Notes: generated by a model from the sequence alone, not told the origin. Positions 19,764 through 29,734 are shown, counted from the stretch's first letter. The stretch: DNA of 64,000 nucleotides from Bacteroidota bacterium (GCA_016868855.1 VGFP01000002.1:223210-287209); one strand, 5' to 3'. Made by a program: numbers and translations.

Positions 19764-20468
19764 TTACACAAGTTCTGCGGTTTGTTTCCTTTTATCGCTT
19801 TCAATCAGCCCATCTCTTAAACGAATGACTCTTTTTGCGTAATTGGAGATGTCTTCTTCGTGTGTAACCAAAACGACCGTATTGCCGTCCTCATGAATTT
19901 TTGAAAAGATATTCATGATTTCATAGGAGGTCTTGGTATCTAGGTTTCCTGTTGGTTCATCGGCCAGAATGATCGAGGGATTGTTGACAAGTGCACGGGC
20001 GATGGCAACACGCTGGCATTGTCCGCCAGACAATTCATTGGGTTTGTGATGGCTTCTATCGGAGAGGTCAACTTTTCTCAATACCTCTTCAGCCATCTCA
20101 TTTCTGATTTTTTTGGGAATTCCGGCGTATACCAGGGGAAGAGCAACGTTTTCCAAAGCACTCAATCGGGGCAAAAGGTTGAACTGTTGGAACACGAATC
20201 CAATTTCTTTGTTTCTGATCTCTGCCAGCTCGTTGTCGAGCATGGTGCTCACATCATGACCGTTCAATATGTATTTTCCATCACTGGGTGAATCCAGGCA
20301 ACCCAGTATATTCATCAGTGTGCTTTTTCCTGAACCTGATGGTCCCATCAAAGCGACATATTCGTTCCTCAATATATCCAGCGTAACACCTTTCAATACC
20401 TGGAGTTCTTGTTTCCCCATGAAATAGCTTTTGCGGATATCTTCTAATTTGATGATTGAGTTGACCAT
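19764..20468 (-). CDS. ABC transporter ATP-binding protein (MacB/LolD/FtsE family)
   Basis: [44 protein letters not shown]. Confidence 0.92.
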   Translation of the reverse strand: MVNSIIKLEDIRKSYFMGKQELQVLKGVTLDILRNEYVALMGPSGSGKSTLMNILGCLDSPSDGKYILNGHDVSTMLDNELAEIRNKEIGFVFQQFNLLPRLSALENVALPLVYAGIPKKIRNEMAEEVLRKVDLSDRSHHKPNELSGGQCQRVAIARALVNNPSIILADEPTGNLDTKTSYEIMNIFSKIHEDGNTVVLVTHEEDISNYAKRVIRLRDGLIESDKRKQTAELV

Positions 20469-20470
20469 AT

Positions 20471-20761
20471 TTATTTTTTTATCACTTTAGGAACCGTGAA
20501 AAAACGATCTTTTGAAGCAGGTGCATTTTTCAATGCTGTAGCAATATCAATGGATACCTTCACTTCATCTTCCCTCAATGGAAGTCCGCCTTCTGACACA
20601 TGTGTAAGGGGCTCCACATTTGCAGTGTCAATTTCATTGAGCTTCTCAACAAAGCCAATCATTTGTTCCAAATCACGCTGAATTTCATCCAACTCTTCGT
20701 TGTTGAACTCCAATTTGGCCAAATCAGCAAGTTTTTTGGTGGTGGAAGAATCAAGTTTCAT
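20471..20761 (-). CDS. gatC: Asp/Glu-tRNA amidotransferase subunit C
   Basis: [22 protein letters not shown]...FFTVPKVI. Confidence 0.92.
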   Translation of the reverse strand: MKLDSSTTKKLADLAKLEFNNEELDEIQRDLEQMIGFVEKLNEIDTANVEPLTHVSEGGLPLREDEVKVSIDIATALKNAPASKDRFFTVPKVIKK

Positions 20762-20872
20762 GCGTAATGATCTGATGCAAAATTAGTCAATCTCTAACCA
20801 ATCGATTTCAATATTTGATGAGTGGTAAAGGCAGCTGCACTTTGAGGGTATTTTACCATAAAGCACAATTCA

Positions 20873-20880
20873 TATATTTG
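20873..20880 (+). promoter_or_regulatory. -7 element (TATATTTG) for trpS
   Basis: Exact TAnnTTTG match 4 nt before ATG 20885. Confidence 0.7.
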
Positions 20881-20884
20881 TGCC

Positions 20885-21886
20885 ATGAGCAATGAGCATG
20901 CAATTGTAATGAGCGGAATCAGGCCAACGGGATTTTTACATTTAGGTAATTATTTTGGGGCCATGAGAAACTATGTGAAGCTACAGGATCAGTATACCTG
21001 TTTTTTCATGGTGGCAGATCTGCATGCCCTTACCACCCATCCTGATACCAAGGAGCTTAAAAACAATGTACACAGGGTGCTCGCTGAAAACATTGCTTGT
21101 GGAATCGATCCAGATAAAGCTGCCTTGTATTGTCAAAGCCATGTCAGAGAAACTTCAGAATTGTATCTCTATCTCAATATGCTCGCTTATCTCGGAGAGT
21201 TGGAAAAGACAACCACATTTAAAGAGAAAGCGAGAATGCAACCAGATAATGTCAACGCTGGATTGTTGACATATCCAGTTCTTCAAACAGCTGATATCAT
21301 ATTGCACCGGGCAACCTGGGTACCTGTTGGCAAAGATCAAGAGCAGCACCTCGAAATGGCCAGGAATTTTGTGAACAGATTTAATCACCGGTACGGAGAA
21401 GTTTTTCCGGCACCCATGGCTTATAATTTTGGGGAAGATCTGGTGAAAGTTCCAAGTTTGGATGGAACAGGAAAAATGAGCAAGAGCGAAAATCAATTGG
21501 CCACGTTGTATTTGGCAGACTCAGATGATTTGATCAGAAAAAAAGTCATGAAGGCCAAAACAGATGGTGGTCCGACAAGTCCCAACAGCTTAAAACCTGA
21601 TTATATTGAAAACATTTTTCAATTGATGCGTTTAGTGAGCTCAATGGATGTCATTCATCATTATGAGCTTGCATTCAATGATTGTACCATTCGATATGGC
21701 GACATGAAAAAGCAGTTGGCGGAGGATATGGTACGTTTCATTGCTCCCATACGTGGGAAAGCAGAAAGCATCCGCACCAATGAAACATACCTTAAAGAGA
21801 TCATGGAAAAAGGAGCGGACAAAGCAAGGGAAAGTGCTGCAGCAACCATGAAACTGGTCAGGGAAGCAATGGGACTTCAATATTGA
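20885..21886 (+). CDS. trpS: tryptophan--tRNA ligase
   Basis: SGIRPTGFLHLGNY (HIGH-like), YPVLQTADI, VPVGKDQEQH, KMSKS. Confidence 0.97.
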   Translation: MSNEHAIVMSGIRPTGFLHLGNYFGAMRNYVKLQDQYTCFFMVADLHALTTHPDTKELKNNVHRVLAENIACGIDPDKAALYCQSHVRETSELYLYLNMLAYLGELEKTTTFKEKARMQPDNVNAGLLTYPVLQTADIILHRATWVPVGKDQEQHLEMARNFVNRFNHRYGEVFPAPMAYNFGEDLVKVPSLDGTGKMSKSENQLATLYLADSDDLIRKKVMKAKTDGGPTSPNSLKPDYIENIFQLMRLVSSMDVIHHYELAFNDCTIRYGDMKKQLAEDMVRFIAPIRGKAESIRTNETYLKEIMEKGADKARESAAATMKLVREAMGLQY

Positions 21887-21990
21887 TCGAATAATATCCA
21901 CATCAATAAAAAAAATCACATTCAAATCTTGGTATTTGAAAATGAATATGTACTTTGAACGCTGTTCAAAAAGGGTTAGAATAAGTTACC

Positions 21991-22626
21991 ATGGCCAAAG
22001 CTAAGAAACCAAAACACGTTGCAATTGCGGGAAATATAGGTGCAGGAAAAACAACGCTCACTGAATTATTGAGCAAACACTACCGCTGGATACCACAATT
22101 TGAAGATGTTGATCAAAATCCATATTTGTATGACTTTTATGAAGACATGCCAAGGTGGAGCTTTAATCTTCAAGTCTATTTTTTAAACAGCCGCTTGAAT
22201 CAGCTGATTGAAATCAGCGAAGGCACAGAAACTGTTATTCAGGATAGAACCATTTACGAAGACGCATATATTTTTGCTCCCAATCTTCATGAAATGGGAT
22301 TGATGAGCAAGAGAGATTTTGAAAATTATTTTGATTTCTTTCAAAATCTTCGTCAGATGGTAAAGCCTCCTGATTTGTTGGTTTATTTACAGGCATCTGT
22401 ACCAACGCTTGTTGGACAAATACAAAAACGGGGTAGAGAGTACGAAGAAAATATTCGCCTCGACTACTTGAAAAGACTCAATGAGTTTTACAACAAATGG
22501 ATTGAAGGGTATAAAGAGGGACCCTTGCTGGTTGTCAATGTTGATGAAAATAAGTTTGCAGAAAACGATGAAGACCTCGGTAAAATCATTGCAAAAATTG
22601 ATGCGGTGTTGTACGGTTTATTCTAA
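21991..22626 (+). CDS. deoxynucleoside kinase
   Basis: GNIGAGKTT, QDRTIYED, PDLLVYL, RGREYE. Confidence 0.93.
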   Translation: MAKAKKPKHVAIAGNIGAGKTTLTELLSKHYRWIPQFEDVDQNPYLYDFYEDMPRWSFNLQVYFLNSRLNQLIEISEGTETVIQDRTIYEDAYIFAPNLHEMGLMSKRDFENYFDFFQNLRQMVKPPDLLVYLQASVPTLVGQIQKRGREYEENIRLDYLKRLNEFYNKWIEGYKEGPLLVVNVDENKFAENDEDLGKIIAKIDAVLYGLF

Positions 22627-23466
22627 TCAATCTACGAAAACCGCAAAATTGCTATTCTGCGGTACAGGATGCAGGGCAGCAGCCAGTTCAAGCAGCTTCC
22701 ATACTGCGGCTCTTCCGTTCGATCCCAGTCCCCGCGAATATTCATTTACGTAAAGATCAATATGCTGATTCATAACAGATTCACTCATGGATTGCGCATG
22801 CTCCAGAACAAATGGTGGAAGCGTTGCTCGATGAGAGAATGCGTATTCTATGCTGTTTCTGATCACCCTGTTTATTTTTCTTAACAACGTTCCATCAAAA
22901 TGTCGCTTTGAGAGAATTCCTCCCAAGGGTATCGGGAAACCGGTTTTTTGTTCCCATTTATCTCCCAAGTCCGCAAGTTTTTTTAATCCCCTCTCTGCAT
23001 ATGTAAATCTGTTTTCGTGAATGATGACGCCTGCATGCACTTCGCTACTCAGCACTGCCTCTTCAATGAGATGAAAAGGCATGAATATTTTCTTCTGGAA
23101 TGAAGGATATGATAAGTGAAACAACAGATGAGCAGTTGTATACGCTCCAGGCAAGGCAATGATTGCAGATGCAGGATCTAGTTCTGAAATGTCAGCGCAA
23201 TGATGGGAAACCAACAGTGGCCCAACACCCAATCCCAATGCACCACCTGCATCCAGCACTTTATAATGCACCATGAGTCTGGCCAATGCACCATAGCTTA
23301 CTTTGGTTATATCCAGCTCACCGGTCAATGCCATTTTATTCAATGTCTCCACATCCTCCAGTCTGTATTCAAATTGCAAGCCTTCTGTATCTATTTTACC
23401 ATGCAACATGGCATCAAAAATAAATGTGTCATTCGGACAAGGAGATATACCTAAACTCAGTTTCAT
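22627..23466 (-). CDS. mqnD: 1,4-dihydroxy-6-naphthoate synthase (futalosine pathway)
   Basis: SPCPNDTFIF, DVETLN, GALGLGVGP, IIHENRFTY, PIPLG, HIDLYVN. Confidence 0.94.
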   Translation of the reverse strand: MKLSLGISPCPNDTFIFDAMLHGKIDTEGLQFEYRLEDVETLNKMALTGELDITKVSYGALARLMVHYKVLDAGGALGLGVGPLLVSHHCADISELDPASAIIALPGAYTTAHLLFHLSYPSFQKKIFMPFHLIEEAVLSSEVHAGVIIHENRFTYAERGLKKLADLGDKWEQKTGFPIPLGGILSKRHFDGTLLRKINRVIRNSIEYAFSHRATLPPFVLEHAQSMSESVMNQHIDLYVNEYSRGLGSNGRAAVWKLLELAAALHPVPQNSNFAVFVD

Positions 23467-24110
23467 CCTATTGAAATATTTTTTAAAATCTCATTCATTG
23501 TTTTATGCAAAGTGTCGAGTGATTTTTTTATCTCCCATTTACTTTTATCTCTTTCGCCTATTTGGTTGGAGACTGCTCTGATCTGAAGAAACGGAATCTT
23601 TTTCATCAAGCAACAGTAATGAAATGCGGCACCCTCCATGGATTCAATCACAGGATGGTATGTTTCCTTGTAATAATTGATTTGATTTGTTGATGTAGTG
23701 ATCTGATTGACTGTGATGCCTATAACTTTTTTTAATCCGGATTTTTCAATCAAATGCATGTGTGGATTAGACAATTTTTTTTGTTGGAAAGGATATGCAT
23801 TTTCATCAACCAGTTGCATGTCAAAGATGGAATGAAACTTTCCTGTTTCCTCCACACCCATGTCAGCCAAATACTCTGTTTCAACAGCAACTGCTTCACC
23901 GAGAAAGATCTCATTGGAGAAGCCACCTGCAATGCCAACCTGTACGATGATATCAGGTTGATGGCTGTCTATGAGTGCTGTCAGCTGGAAAGTGGCAGCT
24001 ACCAGTCCGACGCCATGCACTGCAGTTATTAAACCGTTTGGTTCAATGCGATCCAAATCCCTCATGCAACTTAACTCCAATGCTGTTGCAGCAACAACCA
24101 TGATTTTCAT
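23463..24110 (-). CDS. mqnB: futalosine hydrolase
   Basis: PNP/MTAN fold: VAATALE, GVG, VGIAG, ESMEGAA, IRAVSN...RDKSKW; 4-nt overlap with mqnD. Confidence 0.9.
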   Translation of the reverse strand: MKIMVVAATALELSCMRDLDRIEPNGLITAVHGVGLVAATFQLTALIDSHQPDIIVQVGIAGGFSNEIFLGEAVAVETEYLADMGVEETGKFHSIFDMQLVDENAYPFQQKKLSNPHMHLIEKSGLKKVIGITVNQITTSTNQINYYKETYHPVIESMEGAAFHYCCLMKKIPFLQIRAVSNQIGERDKSKWEIKKSLDTLHKTMNEILKNISIG

Positions 24111-24155
24111 GTAGCAAAGTTCAGCATTTCAGATTAACTTTGCATCCCGTTATTT

Positions 24156-24572
24156 ATGGCAATTTTTTATCTCACCAGAAAAGAGCACTTCAACGCTGCC
24201 CACAAGCTTTTCAATCCAGCTTGGAGCAGTGAAAAAAATGAAGAAGTATTCGGCAAATGCGCCAATGAAAATTGGCATGGCCACAACTTTGAGCTGTATG
24301 TTACAGTCAAAGGAGAGCCCAATCCGGACACAGGCTTCATTGTAGATGCGAAGTTATTGAGTTCCATCATCAAGCTGCATGTGGTTGACATACTGGATCA
24401 CCGAAACCTGAACTTGGATGTACCATTCATGAAGGATAAGCTCTGTTCAATTGAAAATCTGGTTTATGGAATATGGAATGAGTTGCATCCACATATACCC
24501 AAGGGCGTATCTTTGCATTGCATCAAGTTGGTAGAAACCCCCAGAATCTTTGTTGAATACTATGGCGAATAA
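24156..24572 (+). CDS. PTPS/QueD family (COG0720) protein, paralogue 1
   Basis: FNAAH, GKCANENWHGHN (Cx5HGH), LDHRNLN, EN, ET; TAACTTTG at 24135-24142. Confidence 0.9.
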   Translation: MAIFYLTRKEHFNAAHKLFNPAWSSEKNEEVFGKCANENWHGHNFELYVTVKGEPNPDTGFIVDAKLLSSIIKLHVVDILDHRNLNLDVPFMKDKLCSIENLVYGIWNELHPHIPKGVSLHCIKLVETPRIFVEYYGE

Positions 24573-24978
24573 GGTAGCTGTATATAGAAAGGAACATTTC
24601 AATGCTGCACATCGTCTGCACAACCCATCATTGTCTCAAGATGAAAATGACCGATTGTTTGGTAAGTGCAATTTGCCCAACTACCATGGACACAATTATG
24701 AATTGATTCTGAAAGTAACAGGCGAAGTAGATCCTATCACTGGGTATGTGATGGATACTAAACTACTCTCTGACCTTGTAAATGAACATGTTATATCCAA
24801 ATTTGATCACCGCAACCTGAATTTGGATGTGCCTGCATTCAAGCAGTTGAATCCCACTGCCGAAAATATTGCCATCGTTATATTTAATATTTTAAGACCT
24901 CTTTTGAGTGAACAATTGGACCTTCAGGTACGTTTATATGAAACTCCGCGTAACTTCGTTGAGTACCCTGCATCATAA
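24562..24978 (+). CDS. PTPS/QueD family (COG0720) protein, paralogue 2
   Basis: FNAAH, GKCNLPNYHGHN (Cx5HGH), FDHRNLN, PTAEN, YET. ATG 24562 overlaps the end of paralogue 1. Confidence 0.9.
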   Translation: MANKVAVYRKEHFNAAHRLHNPSLSQDENDRLFGKCNLPNYHGHNYELILKVTGEVDPITGYVMDTKLLSDLVNEHVISKFDHRNLNLDVPAFKQLNPTAENIAIVIFNILRPLLSEQLDLQVRLYETPRNFVEYPAS

Positions 24979-24996
24979 ATAACCAATCAAAAGGTC

Positions 24997-25593
24997 ATGG
25001 CATACATCAAGGTTGAACAGTTCGAAGACAAGATCACCTCTGGTCTCATTCAAAATTACAGAGAATCCATTGAGCTGCTGGGAGAGGATCCCAACCGTGA
25101 AGGTTTGCTGAAAACACCTGAACGAGTCGCCAAGTCTATGCAATACCTTACCCAAGGTTATCAAATAGATGCCAAAGCCATTTTAGATTCTGCTAAATTT
25201 CATGAAGATGTAAATGAAATGATCCTTGTAAAAGACATCGAATTGTACAGTTTGTGCGAGCATCACATGTTGCCCTTTTACGGGAAAGCACATGTTGCCT
25301 ACATTCCCAATGGAGTCATCACCGGTTTGAGTAAAATAGCAAGAGTAGTAGATGCATACAGCAGAAGGTTGCAAGTGCAAGAGCGACTGACAACACAAAT
25401 TCTAAATGTTATTCAAGAAACTTTGAATCCATTGGGTGTTGCTGTTGTAATTGAAGCATCCCACCTTTGCATGATGATGCGCGGCGTGCAAAAACAAAAC
25501 TCTGTTACAACCACCTCTGCTTTTTGTGGTCAGTTTCAGAAGAATGAAACCAGGAGTGAGTTCATTCGACTGATCGGTTCCAGGCTGCATTGA
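24997..25593 (+). CDS. folE: GTP cyclohydrolase I
   Basis: [51 protein letters not shown]. Confidence 0.97.
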   Translation: MAYIKVEQFEDKITSGLIQNYRESIELLGEDPNREGLLKTPERVAKSMQYLTQGYQIDAKAILDSAKFHEDVNEMILVKDIELYSLCEHHMLPFYGKAHVAYIPNGVITGLSKIARVVDAYSRRLQVQERLTTQILNVIQETLNPLGVAVVIEASHLCMMMRGVQKQNSVTTTSAFCGQFQKNETRSEFIRLIGSRLH

Positions 25594-25662
25594 TTATCAA
25601 TGCGTACCGATTAATTTGACCCTCTGTTTTCTTTTTCGTAAATTACGTTCCCAATCCAACCA

Positions 25663-26553
25663 ATGATACACGCTTACGTATTCCCAGGCCAAGGCTCCCA
25701 ATATCCGGGAATGGGAAAAGACCACTTCGAATCAAATGCATTTGCCAGACGCTTCTTCGAACAAGCCAATGAAATTTTAGGATTCAAGATTTCTGATCTC
25801 ATGTTCAATGGAACAGAAGAAAATCTCAGGCAAACCAATGTTACCCAACCTGCCATTTTTCTGCATTCAGTCATTGCATACAAGATGTTGGAAAATACTA
25901 CTCCGCATATGGTAGCCGGACATTCCTTGGGGGAGTTCTCTTCTTTGGTGGTCAACGGGACCTTGACATTTGAAGATGCACTTCAATTGGTAAGTGTCAG
26001 AGCCTCCGCCATGCAAAAAGCCTGTGAAGCCAACCCCTCTTCCATGGCAGCAGTGCTGGCATTGGATGATGTAAAAGCAGAGGAAATTTGCAAAGCTATT
26101 TTGGAGGAGTCAGGCGAAATGGTTGTGCCTGCCAATTATAATTGTCCCGGACAATTGGTGATCAGTGGAACGAACAAAGGTATTCACATTGCCTGCGAAA
26201 AGATGAAGGCTGCTGGAGCTAAGCGCGCATTGAAACTCCCTGTTGGCGGAGCCTTTCATTCACCCTTGATGGAGTCGGCAAAAGAAGAACTTTCTGCCGC
26301 CATCCAAAAGACAACATTCCATCGTCCTGTTTGCCCTGTATATCAAAATGTAATTGCAAAAGCTGTCATCGATCCCGATCAAATCAAACAAAACCTCATA
26401 GATCAGCTAACGGGACCTGTTCGTTGGACTCAATCAATAGAAGCAATGATCAAAGACGGCGCAACCAAATTTACCGAGGTTGGTCCAGGTAAGGTTTTAC
26501 AGGGACTCATTGCAAAAATCAATAAAACGGTAGAAGTAGAATCTTTCAGCTGA
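25663..26553 (+). CDS. fabD: malonyl-CoA:ACP transacylase
   Basis: FPGQGSQ, GHSLGE, GAFHS, EVGPGKVL. Confidence 0.97.
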   Translation: MIHAYVFPGQGSQYPGMGKDHFESNAFARRFFEQANEILGFKISDLMFNGTEENLRQTNVTQPAIFLHSVIAYKMLENTTPHMVAGHSLGEFSSLVVNGTLTFEDALQLVSVRASAMQKACEANPSSMAAVLALDDVKAEEICKAILEESGEMVVPANYNCPGQLVISGTNKGIHIACEKMKAAGAKRALKLPVGGAFHSPLMESAKEELSAAIQKTTFHRPVCPVYQNVIAKAVIDPDQIKQNLIDQLTGPVRWTQSIEAMIKDGATKFTEVGPGKVLQGLIAKINKTVEVESFS

Positions 26554-26865
26554 TCAAGCCTGAGCGGCTGGACCCCCATATTGAAAAGGTATCTGAACCT
26601 CTTCAAAATCCTTGATGGTACCGTGTGCCAATTCAAATTTATCTACATTTTCCTGCAAAGCATGAAAAAGACGTTTGGCATGTTGAGGGGTTAAAATGAT
26701 TCTGGATTTGACGCGGCTTTTAGGTGTACCAGGCATCACATTGACAAAATCAACCACAAACTCTGCATGGCTATGGGTAATGATGGCCAGATTTGCATAT
26801 TGGCCTTCAGCCATTTCCTCTGAAATTTCAATGTTCAATTGATTGGGTGCTTGTTGCTCGCTCAT
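26554..26865 (-). CDS. DUF3467 family protein
   Basis: GQYANLAIITHSHAEFVVDF, RIILTPQHAKRL; TATATTTG at 26884-26891. Confidence 0.88.
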   Translation of the reverse strand: MSEQQAPNQLNIEISEEMAEGQYANLAIITHSHAEFVVDFVNVMPGTPKSRVKSRIILTPQHAKRLFHALQENVDKFELAHGTIKDFEEVQIPFQYGGPAAQA

Positions 26866-26893
26866 GCTGATGTATTTAAAAAACAAATATACA

Positions 26894-28879
26894 CTAGAAT
26901 TTTATTGTTGCTTGAACCCTCCATTCAGATTGTATAATTGTATTGAATTGTGGTATTGGAGTACTTGATGGAAAATATTTTTTCTCCATGACCCATTTCC
27001 CTGCAAAATGAACCTTATTGGAAATTTTTGTTTGAAAAAGCAGATAACTAGAATTTCCTCTGTTGAAAAAAGATTGCATGGAATAGTATTGTGGAAGATC
27101 ACGTTCCATGCAGTAAATAGATGCATCGAAACCGTCTGTATTGAAATATGTTGTGCGAATGCTGATACTGTAGGGTTGTAATACTGGATGCAGGATGATC
27201 TCTGCAAAAGAGAGCCAACCATGAAGGTTATCTTCAGCCTCTTTTTTTCTTGTCAGTAGCTCATTTCTAATTCTGAGTTCCAACGCTTCATTGATTTGAA
27301 ATTCAGCGTGTATCCTTAATTGAAATGATTGTTGAACGGAAAGCAAATGTGATTTTGATTGAATGGATGGTAGATTTTCTGTTTTTCTTTTTTCAATCAA
27401 TCGGAGATAGATTCCCCATTTTTTAGTTGGCGCAATGGTATAAGTAAACGCATGAACCAATCCGCGTTGCGGACCATTTGCACTAAATACCGGGAATGGG
27501 TGTATAAATTGGTCAATGTATGCTTCCAGCCTGTTTCTGTTGTTTAATTTGTAGTTCATGCCAATATATAAACCGCTCTCGTTGTTGGCTCCATATTGAT
27601 GTGCTATGATATTGGGTGCAAATGCATTGTATGATTTAGATATCCTTCTCCATTGCATACCAACATCAAGTGTGCGATGCAGGTTTTTTAAGAATCCAAT
27701 GATTGCTCCGGTAGAATAATCTCTGTCAGCTGCTAACTCTCCAAATAAAGTTCCCCATTTTCCTGCCAATGCAAAATCACTGCTTAAATTAAAAAATTGA
27801 TCTCCTTTGATGCTGTATGTATTATAGGGCAAGGATCTTTTTTGAATGGGGATATTCAGGTGTGTGTATATTCCATTCAATGCAATATGGCCAGACCTGA
27901 ATTGATGCTTGAGGATGAACCCGGTATGGAAAGATTGCAATGATTTTTTGTCCAACCATTCTTTTTCGTTTCTATGCAGACCAGTCAATAAAAGAGAACT
28001 GACCCAATTTTTATTTCTAATGCTGTCATATACAATGTTTGCATCCAATCCTTTTTTGCTTACAAAGCAATACAGACTTGTATTTTTATTTCCAATTTCA
28101 AATCCCATGCCTCTGAAAAACCTGTTTTCTTCAGTGCCGGTATGGGGTTTGATGGACACTGACTGACGCATGATGCTGAGGATATTCGATCCTTTTCCAA
28201 ACGCATATCCATGCCAATGTATCATCCCCTGACCCATGGTGATCAGGTAATCGCCCACGATCAATTTTTTGAAAATCGAAAACGATGTTTTCTGTAAATA
28301 GCCACTGGTGAAGTCAAAAATGTTTTTTTCGCCTGCATCTTTCTCAGCAGACAAACCATAAGCAGTATTTACATGATTGTTGTTTCTGTAGAAAAAAGTT
28401 TGTTTCATGCCTTTTGCGAAAGACTGCGAGAGCATACTGCTGCTACCTGATCTTCCTACTCGAAATACTATTTGGTGTTGAGCTTGTTCATTTGACATTT
28501 CAGTCTTGTTGGATTTTTGCAACAGAGAAAACCATTTCATTACTTCTTTGATCAAAGGAATGTCCCACTCAGGAATTGCCTGCAATTCATACATGCTCAA
28601 AAAATCACCAAACTTTCTTTTGTATTCAAAAAAAGAATTGATTTGGTTGAGTGTCAGCGTATGCAAAGCCTGTAATTCTTCGTATGTAACTGCATTGATG
28701 TTTTTTTTCTTGGCAAGATCGATGCCAATGAGTTTTGACAAATCCTGCTCAGTTTGGTCATTAATTTGTTCCTGATCTTCCAGTTGCCTCGAAAACTGGT
28801 CTTGCGCAAAAATTTCCTTGGGTGCTGTTGTAAATAGAGTGAGCAGCACAATCCATTGCAGCGTTCTATTGTAATACAT
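26894..28879 (-). CDS. exported protein with ComEA-like helix-hairpin-helix domain and predicted C-terminal beta-barrel
   Basis: Signal peptide ending IFAQ; NINAVTYEELQAL...YKRKFGDFLSMYELQAI (HhH); EKDAGE and GDY motifs; amphipathic strands; terminal WRVQATIKF beta-signal. Confidence 0.75.
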   Translation of the reverse strand: MYYNRTLQWIVLLTLFTTAPKEIFAQDQFSRQLEDQEQINDQTEQDLSKLIGIDLAKKKNINAVTYEELQALHTLTLNQINSFFEYKRKFGDFLSMYELQAIPEWDIPLIKEVMKWFSLLQKSNKTEMSNEQAQHQIVFRVGRSGSSSMLSQSFAKGMKQTFFYRNNNHVNTAYGLSAEKDAGEKNIFDFTSGYLQKTSFSIFKKLIVGDYLITMGQGMIHWHGYAFGKGSNILSIMRQSVSIKPHTGTEENRFFRGMGFEIGNKNTSLYCFVSKKGLDANIVYDSIRNKNWVSSLLLTGLHRNEKEWLDKKSLQSFHTGFILKHQFRSGHIALNGIYTHLNIPIQKRSLPYNTYSIKGDQFFNLSSDFALAGKWGTLFGELAADRDYSTGAIIGFLKNLHRTLDVGMQWRRISKSYNAFAPNIIAHQYGANNESGLYIGMNYKLNNRNRLEAYIDQFIHPFPVFSANGPQRGLVHAFTYTIAPTKKWGIYLRLIEKRKTENLPSIQSKSHLLSVQQSFQLRIHAEFQINEALELRIRNELLTRKKEAEDNLHGWLSFAEIILHPVLQPYSISIRTTYFNTDGFDASIYCMERDLPQYYSMQSFFNRGNSSYLLFQTKISNKVHFAGKWVMEKKYFPSSTPIPQFNTIIQSEWRVQATIKF

Positions 28880-29660
28880 GGTAGATCATCAAAAAACAGG
28901 AACTTCCCAACATGGGGTGATGGGAAATCCCAATGCCCATCTTCCATCGTTTTGGAATAAAAAGCAGACCTGATTGTATTTCTGCACTTCCCGTTCGATA
29001 ATACAAATAGCTTTCCAGTTGCTGCGAGGGACTCCATTCAGTATATAGATTCATGTTGGATTTGCTTCTGAAATTGTTTTCAAGCTCAATTCCCATTAGT
29101 ACAGCTGATGTGATTTGAAAATTGAAAGCTGTTGAGATGGTTCCAAATTCGTTGTATGTTGGACTTGCCAATGGTTTTATTAATTTTCTGAGGTTGATTG
29201 ATATGCTTCCCTTTTTTGTAAGAAGATATAAAAGACCAAGTTGTGGTGATAGGATAAACAAAGGTGTAAATCCCCTGAATTGATCTCGCCTAACCCCACC
29301 TCCAATTCCTATTCCCAGTGTTTTGGATAATCTTACTCCGTAACCTGCACCAATGGATACCCCATTGAATATTTCATTTGCCTGTGCATTCAGATGTAAA
29401 CCAATTCCCCCATTCTCCGTTTTGTACTGTGTACTGATGTTCAATTTTGAAAGGGATGCAATTAAATATCTATTTTCTACAGATACTCCAATGGAGCCAT
29501 GCTCTGTAAATGCCAATCCTCCAGAAGCAGAATGGTGAATGAAAGGGTTGGATTGAGCTGTTTTATGCTGTACAATATTGCTGGGTTGCATGAGCAGATC
29601 CCAATTATTTTGTGCAATACAGCAAAGTGGCATACATGCCCACATTATCAACATCCTCAT
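28866..29660 (-). CDS. hypothetical outer-membrane beta-barrel protein (PorV/PorP-like appearance)
   Basis: Signal peptide; Gly/aromatic alternating strands (GSIGVSVENRY, GAGYG, GIGIG, HPMLGSS); overlaps the HhH gene by 14 nt. Confidence 0.55.
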   Translation of the reverse strand: MRMLIMWACMPLCCIAQNNWDLLMQPSNIVQHKTAQSNPFIHHSASGGLAFTEHGSIGVSVENRYLIASLSKLNISTQYKTENGGIGLHLNAQANEIFNGVSIGAGYGVRLSKTLGIGIGGGVRRDQFRGFTPLFILSPQLGLLYLLTKKGSISINLRKLIKPLASPTYNEFGTISTAFNFQITSAVLMGIELENNFRSKSNMNLYTEWSPSQQLESYLYYRTGSAEIQSGLLFIPKRWKMGIGISHHPMLGSSCFLMIYHVLQ

Positions 29661-29734
29661 TGAGTAAAGATGAGAATAGGTTTATTACATCAGCTGATTA
29701 AAACAACATATTTGGGTGTCATTTTTCTCAAGTG

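Noticed and set aside
20471-20761. gatC, purS and two ABC ATPases without their partner genes
   Set aside because: Scattering of such subunits is common in Bacteroidota genomes, and the partners may lie outside the window.
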